The notes: generated by a model from the sequence alone, not told the origin. Positions 9,888 through 20,166 are shown, counted from the first letter of the stretch. The stretch is 64,000 bases of DNA from Opitutaceae bacterium BACL24 MAG-120322-bin51 (GCA_905182435.1 CAJJBN010000024.1:4332-68331); one strand, 5' to 3'. Program-made: numbers and translations.

Positions 9888-10104
9888 TACTTTAAACCTA
9901 GTTCCTGATGCATCCCGGATAATGAAATAGGATGAGAAGTGTGCTCCGCAACCATAGGGCAAAGGAGCGTATTAAGATACGTGACTGCAGGCCCGAAGGG
10001 CAGCGATGTGCGCTTCTCGCCGAAGCGTTGAGTAAACAGGCTCAAGCCGGCTGATTCAGCCCTGAAAATAATCTTAAAATCTTTATTCACTCAACCCGGT
10101 TTCC

Positions 10105-11214
10105 TTATTTGGGATCAAATACGATCACACCCTTCGCGTTGCGACCCGCGAGCATATCGTCCAGCGCATCCTGCAAACGTTCCAGTGGATACTGCCGCGT
10201 AATCATTTCATCGAGTTGCAACAAGCCGCGCGCATACAAATTCAGCAGCTTCGGAAAGTCCTGCTCGGGCTTTGATTTCCCATACAGCGGATTCAAATAC
10301 ACCTTATCCCATTCGAACAAATTCATATCGATTTCGATCGGCTGCTCAATCCCCGAAACTTGCACCGCCATACCGGCATTGCGCACCATCGCCAGCGGCG
10401 CAGCTCCCAGCGAAGGAATACCGGTGCACTCAAACGAATAATCCGCGCCGCGCCCTGCACACATCGCCTTCACGGTTTCAGCCGCCTGCAGCAGGCCGAC
10501 ATCGTCGCGCGAAGCCAGCACCGTATGCGTCGCACCAAACTGCACGGCCATCTCCAGACGCTGTGGATTAACATCGACGGCAATGATCTGCCCCGCACCG
10601 GAAATACGTGCGCCTTGAATCACATTGAGCCCAACGCCGCCGGTGCCGAGCACCACCGCACTGCTACCGGGCTCGAGCTTCGCGGCATTCACCACAGAAC
10701 CATAGCCGGTCATCACCCCGCAGCCCAAAATACAGGCCGAGCTAAACGGAATATCCACCGTAATTGGAATGACTGCCTCTTTGCGCACCACGGTATGTGT
10801 GCTCATGGTGCCGAGATGGAAAGAGCGCTTCAGCCCTGCCCCCCGCCACTGCGTTGCACCCAGATGCGCCGTGCCATGATCTGGCACACCCGTGACCGGC
10901 GAGTAAGTCTCGCAGATATTTTGATTACCGATCTGACACTGGTAACAGCACTTGCAAGGGATCGCCCAGTTGAGCAACACACGGTCACCGACCGCGACAT
11001 GCGTCACGCCCTCGCCGATCGATTCGACGACGCCCGCGCCCTCATGCCCGAGCACAAAGGGACTGCCCCATTTTAAAGAATCATAATCCGTGTGACACAC
11101 GCCGGAGGCTTTGATCGCCACCAACACTTCGCCCGCCTTGGGCGGATGCACGGTTATTGTTTCGATGGTGAACGAGCCCTTACCATCGGCGACTGCTGCT
11201 TTTGCTTCAATCAT
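10105..11214 (-). CDS. Zn-dependent alcohol dehydrogenase (class III / formaldehyde-dehydrogenase-like MDR)
   Basis: GVCHTD, LGHEGAG, structural Zn site C-x2-C-x2-C-x7-C, GCGVMTG and Rossmann GTGGVG. Confidence 0.92.
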   Translation of the reverse strand: MIEAKAAVADGKGSFTIETITVHPPKAGEVLVAIKASGVCHTDYDSLKWGSPFVLGHEGAGVVESIGEGVTHVAVGDRVLLNWAIPCKCCYQCQIGNQNICETYSPVTGVPDHGTAHLGATQWRGAGLKRSFHLGTMSTHTVVRKEAVIPITVDIPFSSACILGCGVMTGYGSVVNAAKLEPGSSAVVLGTGGVGLNVIQGARISGAGQIIAVDVNPQRLEMAVQFGATHTVLASRDDVGLLQAAETVKAMCAGRGADYSFECTGIPSLGAAPLAMVRNAGMAVQVSGIEQPIEIDMNLFEWDKVYLNPLYGKSKPEQDFPKLLNLYARGLLQLDEMITRQYPLERLQDALDDMLAGRNAKGVIVFDPK

Positions 11215-11217
11215 GAT

Positions 11218-12315
11218 CTATGCTTCTAAGGTGATGGAACTGGTCGGCTTGCAACTACATGGTAAACAGCAGCCCTCATCCGGTGTAATTTCGGTCGGAT
11301 GGTTGTAGCCAACCGCCCCCTGCTTCAACGGCGTCATGCAGGTGCCGCAATCGCCATACAGGCAACCGGCACTGATCGACACCCCTTTGGCCTCAGCAAA
11401 TTCCAACAAACACTTATAGCGCGGATCCCATGTATGCGTGACGCCATTGCGGGCAAAATTCACTTCGATCACATCGCTGGCTGCGTCTTCAGCAGCAGCA
11501 GCAGCGCCATCCGCCTCACTCTGCTCGATCAAATGGCTCGCCGTCGCAGGCCCGAAAGACTCGGTAAAGATTTGCGCCTCAGCCACGCCCCACGCGGCAA
11601 GATCCCCAGTCAACGCATCCATCATCGGTCGCGGGCCGCAAATGTAGTAACGGTAACGATTATGCGACAACACACGCTTGAATAAATCCACACTCACGCG
11701 CTCGGCATAATCATAATCACTGCCCTGCACATCCGCGGCAGTCGATTCATCGTAACAGACATTGAGCTGAATCGATGGGAAATCGCGCACCAGCGCGGCA
11801 AACTCATCTTTGAACGGATGATCCTCGCGGTTGCGCATGCCGAGAAAGACACGCACTTCACGGTAGCTATTGCCCTCCGCAGCAATCGACTGTGCCATGG
11901 CAAGAATCGGCGTAATTCCGATGCCCCCGCCAATCAGCACCACCGCATCTTCGTCCGCCGCTTCGAGCGTAAAGTCGCCCATCGGCTTTTTTGCCTGCAA
12001 GCGATCGCCGACCGTCATATGCTGATGCAGGTAAGTCGAACCAGCCCCATCCGGCGCGGCGGCCTCGCGGCCCACCTCGTGCTTCACCGTAATGCGATAC
12101 GCCCCACCCGAACGATAACAGTCCGAGAGTGTATAGAAGCGCATCATCTTTAGGTCAGGCTCCGCCGGATCGACGGGTAGGCTGAACAACAGATGCTGCC
12201 CCGGCGCGTAGGCCTCGATCGCGCTGCCATCGGCCGGGCGCAAATAGAACGACTTGGTATTCCAACTTTCGTCGACGATACGCTCAACGCGCAAATTTTG
12301 ATAACTGTCTTTCAT
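11218..12315 (-). CDS. Oxygenase reductase: FAD- and NAD(P)H-binding domains with C-terminal [2Fe-2S] ferredoxin (PDR/VanB/PaaE-type)
   Basis: RFYTLS, G.GSTYLH, GGIGITP, YICGP, ESFG, then CLYGDCGTC...LPC. Confidence 0.92.
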   Translation of the reverse strand: MKDSYQNLRVERIVDESWNTKSFYLRPADGSAIEAYAPGQHLLFSLPVDPAEPDLKMMRFYTLSDCYRSGGAYRITVKHEVGREAAAPDGAGSTYLHQHMTVGDRLQAKKPMGDFTLEAADEDAVVLIGGGIGITPILAMAQSIAAEGNSYREVRVFLGMRNREDHPFKDEFAALVRDFPSIQLNVCYDESTAADVQGSDYDYAERVSVDLFKRVLSHNRYRYYICGPRPMMDALTGDLAAWGVAEAQIFTESFGPATASHLIEQSEADGAAAAAEDAASDVIEVNFARNGVTHTWDPRYKCLLEFAEAKGVSISAGCLYGDCGTCMTPLKQGAVGYNHPTEITPDEGCCLPCSCKPTSSITLEA

Positions 12316-12339
12316 AAGGATTCTGTATTCAGTTAATAA

Positions 12340-13788
12340 CTACACCTTGGCCGTCGGTAAGTCCGGTGCGCTGGTGTCATAAAACTCATCGTAAGCCAAT
12401 ACATGCGCATCCGGCTCGACCCCCCAATGCTCACAGGCGGCGGTATACAGATCCGGCCACCAGTTGCGGTGCTCGGTCAGTCCCGCTTCTTTATAACCCG
12501 AAGCTAGTTGTAAAAATCCACGATAGACACACTCCTGACCACGTGCAACGGCCTCTGCTTGAGTGCCGAAGCCCTTTACGAACCAGTCGCGACCGATCTT
12601 GGCATGCAGGATCTCATCCGCCCAATCATAGTCTTGGATCAACTCGCTGACGCGGTCAGTCGATGCCACCGCCAGTTCCCACTCCTTCTCCTTGCCAGTC
12701 TCCTTCGCCATTAGGCCCTGCTCAATGCTGAATAAAATCGCATGGCGCTCTTCGGGCTTGAGCCCTGTATTTAATTCCAGTGACCAGGTGAAGTTGACCG
12801 GAATCTGCGTCCAATCGATACCATTCACCACGAAGCCGATCTCCCCCATCATCGCATGGCGAGCTTCGTCCCAGAGCTGACGCGTCATATCGACATAATA
12901 GCCCAAAGGCTTACCTTCTGTTTCAGTAATAATCGACGACATCATTTCCGGCACATCGATTTCACGCAGGCGCTTAAAAGACATCATCAATGTTTTCGGC
13001 CGCACCGGCATATCGTCCCGAAAGATAAAGGCTTCCGGATTCACGCCCATATTATAACTGTCGCGGAAACGTTCATCACGTTGTGGCTTGCCATCATACA
13101 CATACGGTGTCGCGGAAAACTGCGCTGCCAATGCATGTTCGGCCTTAGCTTCGGTGCCGGTAAAGCTACCGAAATTAGCCACTGACTGATCCAATAAATT
13201 GAGCCATCCAGCATGCTTCGCCCGAGCCGTATCATCGACCAGACAAGCGATCGCCTGCTGGCCATACGCTTCGACATCTTCAAGCTCCACCAACAGATGG
13301 CGCAACTTTCGATAAGTCGGATGCTCATACAAACGATTTGTCACTTCGAGCTGGTCACGCACTGCCGCAACTAATTGCGGAATCGCTTTCTCATACAATC
13401 CCAACACCAAGGCCTCGGTGTCGCCCGCATTTTGAATTTCATCAAAGAAAAAATCTAAGGCCTCATGTGGTGCCACATCCATCCCAAATGGGGGATGGCG
13501 CATCTCACGCACGCGTGCAAAAATGCCATCAACATGTTCGATGCAATAGTGACCATGCAGCGAAAACGTCATTTTAAGCTCATAAATTGGCATGGCAGCG
13601 AGGCGCGCAATAAAGATCGCATGCAAACGGCGCAGCGCCCAATGCGTATATTTTAAACGGCTTACTGCTTCCTCAACCGTGAGACCGCAATCAATCGCGC
13701 CCTCCATAGTGTGCAAGCCTGCAAGTGGTGGCAGGCCATGGTAGCCCTTGTATTCAGAAATCGGAGTCGTGCTTTTAAATGATGTCAT
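12340..13788 (-). CDS. Ferritin-like di-iron protein (DUF455-like), probable oxygenase component
   Basis: All-helical character with REIDVPE...DEARH (12856-12870)...IEQG...DEILH (12604-12618)..G..W. This is the E/ExxH/E/ExxH di-iron ligand pattern; the N-terminal half looks like a degenerate second ferritin-like domain. Confidence 0.7.
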   Translation of the reverse strand: MTSFKSTTPISEYKGYHGLPPLAGLHTMEGAIDCGLTVEEAVSRLKYTHWALRRLHAIFIARLAAMPIYELKMTFSLHGHYCIEHVDGIFARVREMRHPPFGMDVAPHEALDFFFDEIQNAGDTEALVLGLYEKAIPQLVAAVRDQLEVTNRLYEHPTYRKLRHLLVELEDVEAYGQQAIACLVDDTARAKHAGWLNLLDQSVANFGSFTGTEAKAEHALAAQFSATPYVYDGKPQRDERFRDSYNMGVNPEAFIFRDDMPVRPKTLMMSFKRLREIDVPEMMSSIITETEGKPLGYYVDMTRQLWDEARHAMMGEIGFVVNGIDWTQIPVNFTWSLELNTGLKPEERHAILFSIEQGLMAKETGKEKEWELAVASTDRVSELIQDYDWADEILHAKIGRDWFVKGFGTQAEAVARGQECVYRGFLQLASGYKEAGLTEHRNWWPDLYTAACEHWGVEPDAHVLAYDEFYDTSAPDLPTAKV

Positions 13789-13925
13789 AAGTCGTCAATG
13801 GTTAAGGTTAAAACTGATGACAGTATACAGCAGTATTTATGACTTGCTCCGCCCGACTTAACCAATAATGATACTATTTTACCTAAAATATACCTAAATA
13901 TTAAAGATAACAATTTCCTTTTAAC

Positions 13926-14801
13926 ATGAAACTGCAATTTGAGCAAATACGCCCTCGTGCCCACGAGTCATTTTACGCCAGCCGCGCCGTCAGTTCGCAG
14001 TTCGAATGCCCCTACCACTTCCATCCCGAGCTGGAGCTCACTTACATCGAGCACGGCCACGGCACCCGTGTGATCGGTGGCCACCTCTCACACTTTAAAA
14101 GCGGCGACCTGATGCTGATCGGTTCCAATGTGCCGCACTGGTATAACAACAACCCATCCAACAGCACGGGCAAGGACTGGGCACGCTCGATCGTGCTGCA
14201 ATTCCAGCCCAACTGCATCGGCGACGCCTTTTTTGGCATTCCAGAAACACGACCCATACGCGAACTGTTCGAACGCGCCCAAAACGGCCTACACATTACA
14301 GGAGACACCAACCGCCGAGTCGTTGAACAGCTAACACATCTGTCGCGACAATCTGGATACACACGCCTACTTAGCTTCCTCAGCATACTGGGAACGCTCA
14401 CTCAAACCCCGGACGAGGTGCAAGCCCTGCCACAGAACAGCCACTCAGCACGGTTCGACCACACCGACGCAGCGCGCATGGACAAGGTCTTCCGCCACCT
14501 CAATGCCCACTCGCGCGAACCGATCAGCCTCGCAACCATCGCGCAACTCGCCGGCATGACGCCGCCCGCGTTCAGCCGCTTTTACAAACAAAAGACCGGC
14601 ACCACCTTTCAGCAAACCTTGATCGAAACCCGCCTGCTCGACGCCTGCCAGGAACTGATCACCACCAACCGCTCGATCAGCGAGATCTGCTTCGCCTGCG
14701 GTTTTAACAATTTATCCAACTTCAATCGCCAATTTAAGCGCAACAAAGAGCTCTCGCCCAAAGCCTTCCGCAACCAGTGGGCGGCCAGCAAAAGAAGGTG
14801 A
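13926..14801 (+). CDS. AraC-family transcriptional regulator (cupin + double HTH), divergent from the oxygenase operon
   Basis: YHFHPELEL cupin motif; C-terminal ...CGFNNLSNFNRQFK...SPKAFR. Confidence 0.95.
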   Translation: MKLQFEQIRPRAHESFYASRAVSSQFECPYHFHPELELTYIEHGHGTRVIGGHLSHFKSGDLMLIGSNVPHWYNNNPSNSTGKDWARSIVLQFQPNCIGDAFFGIPETRPIRELFERAQNGLHITGDTNRRVVEQLTHLSRQSGYTRLLSFLSILGTLTQTPDEVQALPQNSHSARFDHTDAARMDKVFRHLNAHSREPISLATIAQLAGMTPPAFSRFYKQKTGTTFQQTLIETRLLDACQELITTNRSISEICFACGFNNLSNFNRQFKRNKELSPKAFRNQWAASKRR

Positions 14802-15129
14802 ATACGTTGCCGCCGACAGTCACCAGAGTCACATCACCGTAGCCCACGGCCGTCAGGGTGACAACTGCCCACCTGAGGGAATGGAAGACAGAAGCGAACG
14901 CCTCGGAATGGTGACTGGCTTAAGGCATCATATGTGTATGTGGGATTTCCCATCATACTGATACGTTGAGAAAACTGAAAAATAATGCTCCACTAACGTG
15001 ACAAGAATCGGCACGTCCAGCCCCTTATATACCCTAATATATAAACTGGCGGTGCACTTCATTTCGCCCCCCTATAGAACGGAATGAAAGCTGATATGTA
15101 GTCTCGAAAGTGAAGCAAATCGTTTGGCC

Positions 15130-16383
15130 TTATCGGCCAGAAAGAACAGATGATTCGTAAGCCTTCACTGCTCCGAGCCATTGGTTATCGCCAGCGGTGT
15201 CCTGACGTGCGCAATACTCATTCCAGACCGCGCCCCATGGCAGCGAGCGGGCATCTTCCATCATGGCCAAGCGGCTGGTGTAGTCGCCGTCCAGCTCCAC
15301 CTCGCGCAGTGCTTGAGTCGGCTGGAGCAGCCCCTTGAGGAGCCCCTTCTTGGTATTGCGCGTGCCGATCACCCATGCGGCGATGCGATTGATCGACGCA
15401 TCAAAGAAATCGAGGCCGACGTGGATACGCTCCATCTGGCCACTAGTGACACACTCTTGAAGGATCGCAGTGGTCGGATCGTCCAAGGTGACGACGTGGT
15501 CGCTATCCCAACGCACACCACGGCTCACGTGCAACAACAACTCCGGCACATAGAGTAGCGCGGCGGAAATCTTGTCGGCCACAGACTCAGTCGGATGGAA
15601 GTGCCCTGCATCCAGACACAGCGCGATTTGGCGTGTCGCCGCATAGGCGAGATAAAATTCGCTGGATCCCACGGTGTAACTTTCCACACCAATACCGAAC
15701 AGCTTACTTTCGACGGCATCGATGTTCCATTTTTTTGAAATGTCCGCTGCGAAAATCGCATCTAGGGATTCCACCAAACGTGCACGCGGCGCAAAGCGAT
15801 CCGCTGGTGTGTCTTTATAACCATCTGGAATCCAGATATTATTCACCACCGGATTGTTCAACTCTTCACCAATCGCGGCGCCGATCTTTCGGCACGCGAT
15901 ACAGTGATCGATCCAAAATTGACGAATGCCCGCATCTTGATGACTCAGCGTAAAGCCGTCTTCGGCATTAGGATGGCTGAAGCTGGTGGGGTTGAAATCG
16001 ATACCGAACTGCTGCGCCTTGGCCCAATCGATCCAACTGCGAAAATTATCGACGGTGAGTTCGTCGCGCTCTGGCAGTGGAGAGCCGTCCGTTGCATAGC
16101 TCGCATGCAGATTGAGGCGCAATGGTCCTGGAATGTGTGCAGCGGCCTGCTCGATGTCGGCCATGAGCTCGGCCGGATTGGTCGCCTTGCCCGGATAGTT
16201 ACCCGTCGCCACGCAACCGTTGCCCGCGCCCGCTTTTTCAGGGGCCTCGAAGCCTGCCACGTCATCGCCTTGCCAGCAATGCATGGAGACTGGGATCTTA
16301 TCCAGCGCTTGAAGCGCAGCCTCGGTATCGACGCCGACTGCGGCGAATTGTTCTTTTGCAATTTCGTAGATTGAATGACTCAT
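15130..16383 (-). CDS. rhaA: L-rhamnose isomerase homologue
   Basis: [62 protein letters not shown]. Confidence 0.93.
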   Translation of the reverse strand: MSHSIYEIAKEQFAAVGVDTEAALQALDKIPVSMHCWQGDDVAGFEAPEKAGAGNGCVATGNYPGKATNPAELMADIEQAAAHIPGPLRLNLHASYATDGSPLPERDELTVDNFRSWIDWAKAQQFGIDFNPTSFSHPNAEDGFTLSHQDAGIRQFWIDHCIACRKIGAAIGEELNNPVVNNIWIPDGYKDTPADRFAPRARLVESLDAIFAADISKKWNIDAVESKLFGIGVESYTVGSSEFYLAYAATRQIALCLDAGHFHPTESVADKISAALLYVPELLLHVSRGVRWDSDHVVTLDDPTTAILQECVTSGQMERIHVGLDFFDASINRIAAWVIGTRNTKKGLLKGLLQPTQALREVELDGDYTSRLAMMEDARSLPWGAVWNEYCARQDTAGDNQWLGAVKAYESSVLSGR

Positions 16384-16404
16384 AATTGTATAAAAGTTAA
16401 GTGA

Positions 16405-17907
16405 TTAGTGTGTTGATAAAGAAAGTGAATGGCCTGACAGCATTGCCCTGAAACGAGAGCGTGCATCGTCCCATAAGAAGGTATCCACAGGGTCAATACA
16501 TTCACAAGGAAAGGATTTAGCGATCAATTCGCGCCCTGCGCTCAAAGACGCCACCTCGGCATTGGAAATCATTTGTGAAATGATATTACCCACACCGGTC
16601 GCTTCGACTGGCCCCACCCATACGGGCTTGCCGATCGCATTTGCGGTCAATTGATTCAGCAGCGCGTCCTGACATCCGCCGCCCACTATATTAAGGCGCG
16701 TCAGTTCCACAGGCGAGAAACGCTCCAGCTTTGCCCACGCCTCTGAGTAGCTGAGGGCGAGACTCTCATAGATGCATCGAATGATTTGCGCTGGGCTCTG
16801 AGGGATGTCCTGCCCAGTGTTCTCACAATAGGAGCGTATCCGCGCAGGCATGTCACCAGCGGCGCGGAAGACCGGGTCATTGGGATCAATCAGAGAGCGA
16901 AACGGCTCTGCCTCACTCGCCATCGCTGCCATCTCGCCAAAGGACAACTCAAGCCCCTCGCGTTGCCACTGTCGCCGTGATTCCTGCAACAACCACAGCC
17001 CGCCAATATTTTGAATAAACCGAGTCGTCCCCTCAAGTCCAAGCTCATTGGTAAAACCAGCTTCGAATGCCTCATCCGAACAAATCGGCTGCGGGAGTTC
17101 GAGCCCCATTAATGACCAGGTGCCACTACTTAGAAACACCGAATCGCTGGATTGATGTGGAATCCCTGCAACCGCACTTGCGGTGTCGTGACTCCCAACG
17201 GCAACGACCTTCGTCTGTGATAACCCCGTCAACTCTTGAATGGGCTTCAACAGTGGCCCCAAAACATCACCGGGTGCGACCAGTTCCGGAAACAACTCCA
17301 TTGGAATTCCCAATTTCTCAAATACAGGATACGCCCAGTCCGCTGCAGTCATATCATACAGCTGCGAACAACTTGCCATGGTCCGCTCACAGCCAACCAC
17401 CCCGCACAACCAATAATTGAGAATGTCTGAAATGAACAATAAGTCCTTGGCGAGCGGCAAGAGTGCAGGCCTCGCATCCAGATCAGCCAGCACCTGAAAC
17501 AGTGTATTAAAGAAATAGGATTGCGCCCCAGTCGCTACAAATAAATCCCGCTCGGACATCTGCGCAAACGTATGCTCCATCTTCCCTTCGGTGCGTGCAT
17601 CACGATAATGATACGGCAACCCTAACAGCCGCCCATCGGATGCCTGAAGACCATAACCGTTACCAAAGGCATCAATGCCGATACTGACAATGGTATCACC
17701 ATAACGCTGGCGAGCCTTCGTCAATCCTTGCACGATCCCCTCAAAGAGCCCACCTACATTCCAATGTTCGCCAGTGGGCAAAACCATAGGCGCATTCGTC
17801 ATACGATGAACTTCGTTCAGTTCGAGCGTATGACCATCATAGCAGCCAGCAAGCACACGTGCACTTCCTGCGCCGATATCGACGGCAATGTAGGTTGAAT
17901 CCGGCAT
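16405..17907 (-). CDS. rhaB: Rhamnulokinase-family (FGGY) sugar kinase
   Basis: AVDIGAGSARV, YRDART, GSHDTASAV, SSGTWSLMG, FTNELG, IVGGG, GPVEAT. Confidence 0.88.
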   Translation of the reverse strand: MPDSTYIAVDIGAGSARVLAGCYDGHTLELNEVHRMTNAPMVLPTGEHWNVGGLFEGIVQGLTKARQRYGDTIVSIGIDAFGNGYGLQASDGRLLGLPYHYRDARTEGKMEHTFAQMSERDLFVATGAQSYFFNTLFQVLADLDARPALLPLAKDLLFISDILNYWLCGVVGCERTMASCSQLYDMTAADWAYPVFEKLGIPMELFPELVAPGDVLGPLLKPIQELTGLSQTKVVAVGSHDTASAVAGIPHQSSDSVFLSSGTWSLMGLELPQPICSDEAFEAGFTNELGLEGTTRFIQNIGGLWLLQESRRQWQREGLELSFGEMAAMASEAEPFRSLIDPNDPVFRAAGDMPARIRSYCENTGQDIPQSPAQIIRCIYESLALSYSEAWAKLERFSPVELTRLNIVGGGCQDALLNQLTANAIGKPVWVGPVEATGVGNIISQMISNAEVASLSAGRELIAKSFPCECIDPVDTFLWDDARSRFRAMLSGHSLSLSTH

Positions 17908-19014
17908 CTAGTCTTCCCAGTTGATAATGACTTTCAATGAGTCTTTATCCTCTGCGCGATGAATCGCTTCAATGATCTGTGTATGGTGAAAGCGTTCGCT
18001 GTCATTGGTCATCAAATCGAGGTTCGTCATACCACCGCCGATGAGCATATCGCGGGCAAGCCCGATACCGTGCCAATTCGAGCCGTGGGTGGCTTGATAG
18101 ACTTGCAGCTTGTAGTGGATGTCGTTGTTCAGATCCACTTCATGCATGATCTTCGGCTTACCCGCAGCGCCTTTGACTCCAGCGTGTCCGTCCAACACGG
18201 TGCCGTAGCCCATCAGTTGAGTGGCCAAGCGGTAGCCCGGCTCGGCCGGCGCATTGACCATCACGAAGTGCGGCTCATTGAAGGGCTGACATTCCCGTAG
18301 TGTATTTTCCACTACATTTTCGTCCCATAAAATACCGACCGTGCGCTCGTCGCCGAAGTCACGCATCACACGCTCAAGGCGCTCTTTGCCACGATTAATC
18401 ATGATGACCTTACGCGCCCCCATCGCCTGCGCACATTGCAGCGCATAGGTGCTCTGCGAGCCCGCTGCAATCAAGATCACAATGCGATTTTCGATACAAT
18501 TATTGACCCGTGTCATGCCTTCGAGGCCGCAAGCAAGCGGCTCGACCTGGCAGGCCTGATCCGCGCTAAATCCCTTGGGGAATTTCGCAATCGGCCCGAG
18601 CTTAACAAACCAGTCTGGCAGGATCGCATACTTACGCGCAAAGCCAGCAAACTCGTGCCCAGTCGCCTGCGTGTTTGGACAATACGTCCAATCACCGGTG
18701 CCCTCGTCGCCGCAGTAGATGCACTCGCGGTCGCCACAAGGGATATCGCAACCGATACCAACCAAATCGCCCGGCTCGAAATTGGTGACACCCTCGCCGA
18801 CCGCATCCACCTCCGCACTCACTTCGTGCATGAGGATGGCGGGCCATTGCTTAATGCGCGGCAGGCCGACATTATAAATCACCACATCTGACTGACAGAC
18901 AGAGGTGCGCAACACACGCACGCGGATTTCACCAGGCGCGGGATCGCCGATTTCTTCTTCAACCGGAGTAAACGTGCCACCGGGCTTATCGAGATAGTAA
19001 ACAAGATTTTTCAT
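17908..19014 (-). CDS. Atypical Zn-binding MDR (sugar/polyol-phosphate dehydrogenase-like)
   Basis: VCQSD, LMHE (for GHE), Cys cluster C..ECIYC...YC, EPLAC; Rossmann motif altered to AAGSQS. Confidence 0.75.
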   Translation of the reverse strand: MKNLVYYLDKPGGTFTPVEEEIGDPAPGEIRVRVLRTSVCQSDVVIYNVGLPRIKQWPAILMHEVSAEVDAVGEGVTNFEPGDLVGIGCDIPCGDRECIYCGDEGTGDWTYCPNTQATGHEFAGFARKYAILPDWFVKLGPIAKFPKGFSADQACQVEPLACGLEGMTRVNNCIENRIVILIAAGSQSTYALQCAQAMGARKVIMINRGKERLERVMRDFGDERTVGILWDENVVENTLRECQPFNEPHFVMVNAPAEPGYRLATQLMGYGTVLDGHAGVKGAAGKPKIMHEVDLNNDIHYKLQVYQATHGSNWHGIGLARDMLIGGGMTNLDLMTNDSERFHHTQIIEAIHRAEDKDSLKVIINWED

Positions 19015-19042
19015 ATTTTAAGAGGCCTGAACGATAGGCATA

Positions 19043-19098
19043 CCCTATTCGTAATTCGTAATGCCTAATTCCTAATTCCTAATTCCTAGTCCCTAATT
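19043..19098. repeat. Heptamer tandem repeat (CCTAATT-like, about 8 units)
   Basis: cgtaatt cgtaatg cctaatt cctaatt cctaatt cctagtc cctaatt; the last unit includes the stop codon of 19093-20166. Confidence 0.8.
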
Positions 19099-20166
19099 CC
19101 CCGAAGGGTGCAACAACACCTTGGTAAAGAATTCAGATTGATCGCGCATCATTTCCAGCGCGGCGATGCCACCACTGAGCGGTACCTTGTGGGTGATCAA
19201 CGGCTTGAGATCGAGCGTGCCACTGGCGATCGCTTCGAGCGTGGTGCGCCAATCATCATCGTCGCCATACACACTGAACCCAGAGTTCCATGTGCCTAGC
19301 AACTCGACCTCGCGACGCATCAGCTGCGAGATCAATGCCGCGGGCAAAGTCACATCGGCGGAAGGATTGCCGAGCATGACCATACGGCCCGCACGACGCA
19401 CTGAGCGCAGCGCGGCCAACATAGTCGGCGGCACCCCAGCGGCCTCGAAAGTCACATGTGCGCCACGTCCGCCAGTCGCGGCTTCGATCACTTCAGACGA
19501 GTCGTGCTCGCGGCTATTATACACATCAGTAAAGCCCAATTGACGCGCCAAATCCAATTTCCCTTCGATCAAATCAAACAGAAAAATCCGTGAAGCGCCC
19601 ATCGACTTGAGCCATTGAGCGAGCATCAGCCCGATTGGGCCAAGACCAAAAATTGCTACCGTATCCCCGAAACGGATACGTGCACGGCGTGCAGCGTGTA
19701 GTGCCACGGCGGCTGGCTCCGTCATCGCAGCCTCTTCCATCGAAACCGAATCCGGCAACTTGATTAAATTACGCACCGGCGCGATCACGTATTCAGCAAA
19801 GCCGCCATCACTGCGCGAGCCGAGATAGTCGTAACCATCGGACTGTGCATACTCGCCCTCTTCGCAGGCTGGATGATCATCATTCCACAACAGCGGAAAG
19901 ACCGTCACGCGATCTCCCACAGCGTAGTCGCTGACACCCTCTGCCACCGCAGCGACCGTACCGGCAAACTCATGCCCACAAATCGTCGGGAACGAGTAAG
20001 TGCCCTTTGAGAAAGTGCGCGGAATATCAGAACCGCAGACTCCGCAAAAGCCGAGCTGCACGCGCACCGTGCCAGGGCGCAGTGCGGGCACAGGCACCTG
20101 CTCGTATTTAAGCTCACTGATGCCGTGCAGAACCACGGCTTCCATCGTGTCGTTTGAAATAGTCAT
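19093..20166 (-). CDS. Galactitol-1-phosphate 5-dehydrogenase-like Zn-dependent dehydrogenase
   Basis: GVCGSDIPR, GHEFAG, YDYLGSRSDGGFAEY, EPAAVALHA, GLGPIG, LGTWNS. Confidence 0.82.
   Translation of the reverse strand: MTISNDTMEAVVLHGISELKYEQVPVPALRPGTVRVQLGFCGVCGSDIPRTFSKGTYSFPTICGHEFAGTVAAVAEGVSDYAVGDRVTVFPLLWNDDHPACEEGEYAQSDGYDYLGSRSDGGFAEYVIAPVRNLIKLPDSVSMEEAAMTEPAAVALHAARRARIRFGDTVAIFGLGPIGLMLAQWLKSMGASRIFLFDLIEGKLDLARQLGFTDVYNSREHDSSEVIEAATGGRGAHVTFEAAGVPPTMLAALRSVRRAGRMVMLGNPSADVTLPAALISQLMRREVELLGTWNSGFSVYGDDDDWRTTLEAIASGTLDLKPLITHKVPLSGGIAALEMMRDQSEFFTKVLLHPSGN

Noticed and set aside
11218-13788. Aromatic-ring oxygenase (Paa/Box/Rieske or soluble di-iron monooxygenase complex)
   Set aside because: There are no Rieske motifs, accessory subunits, CoA ligase or ring-cleavage genes, and the context is carbohydrate. 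Not formally excluded.
15130-17907. Canonical L-rhamnose operon
   Set aside because: No rhaD, rhaM, rhaT or RhaS/R in the operon, and extra redox/epimerase genes are present. Gene names are kept as homology labels only.
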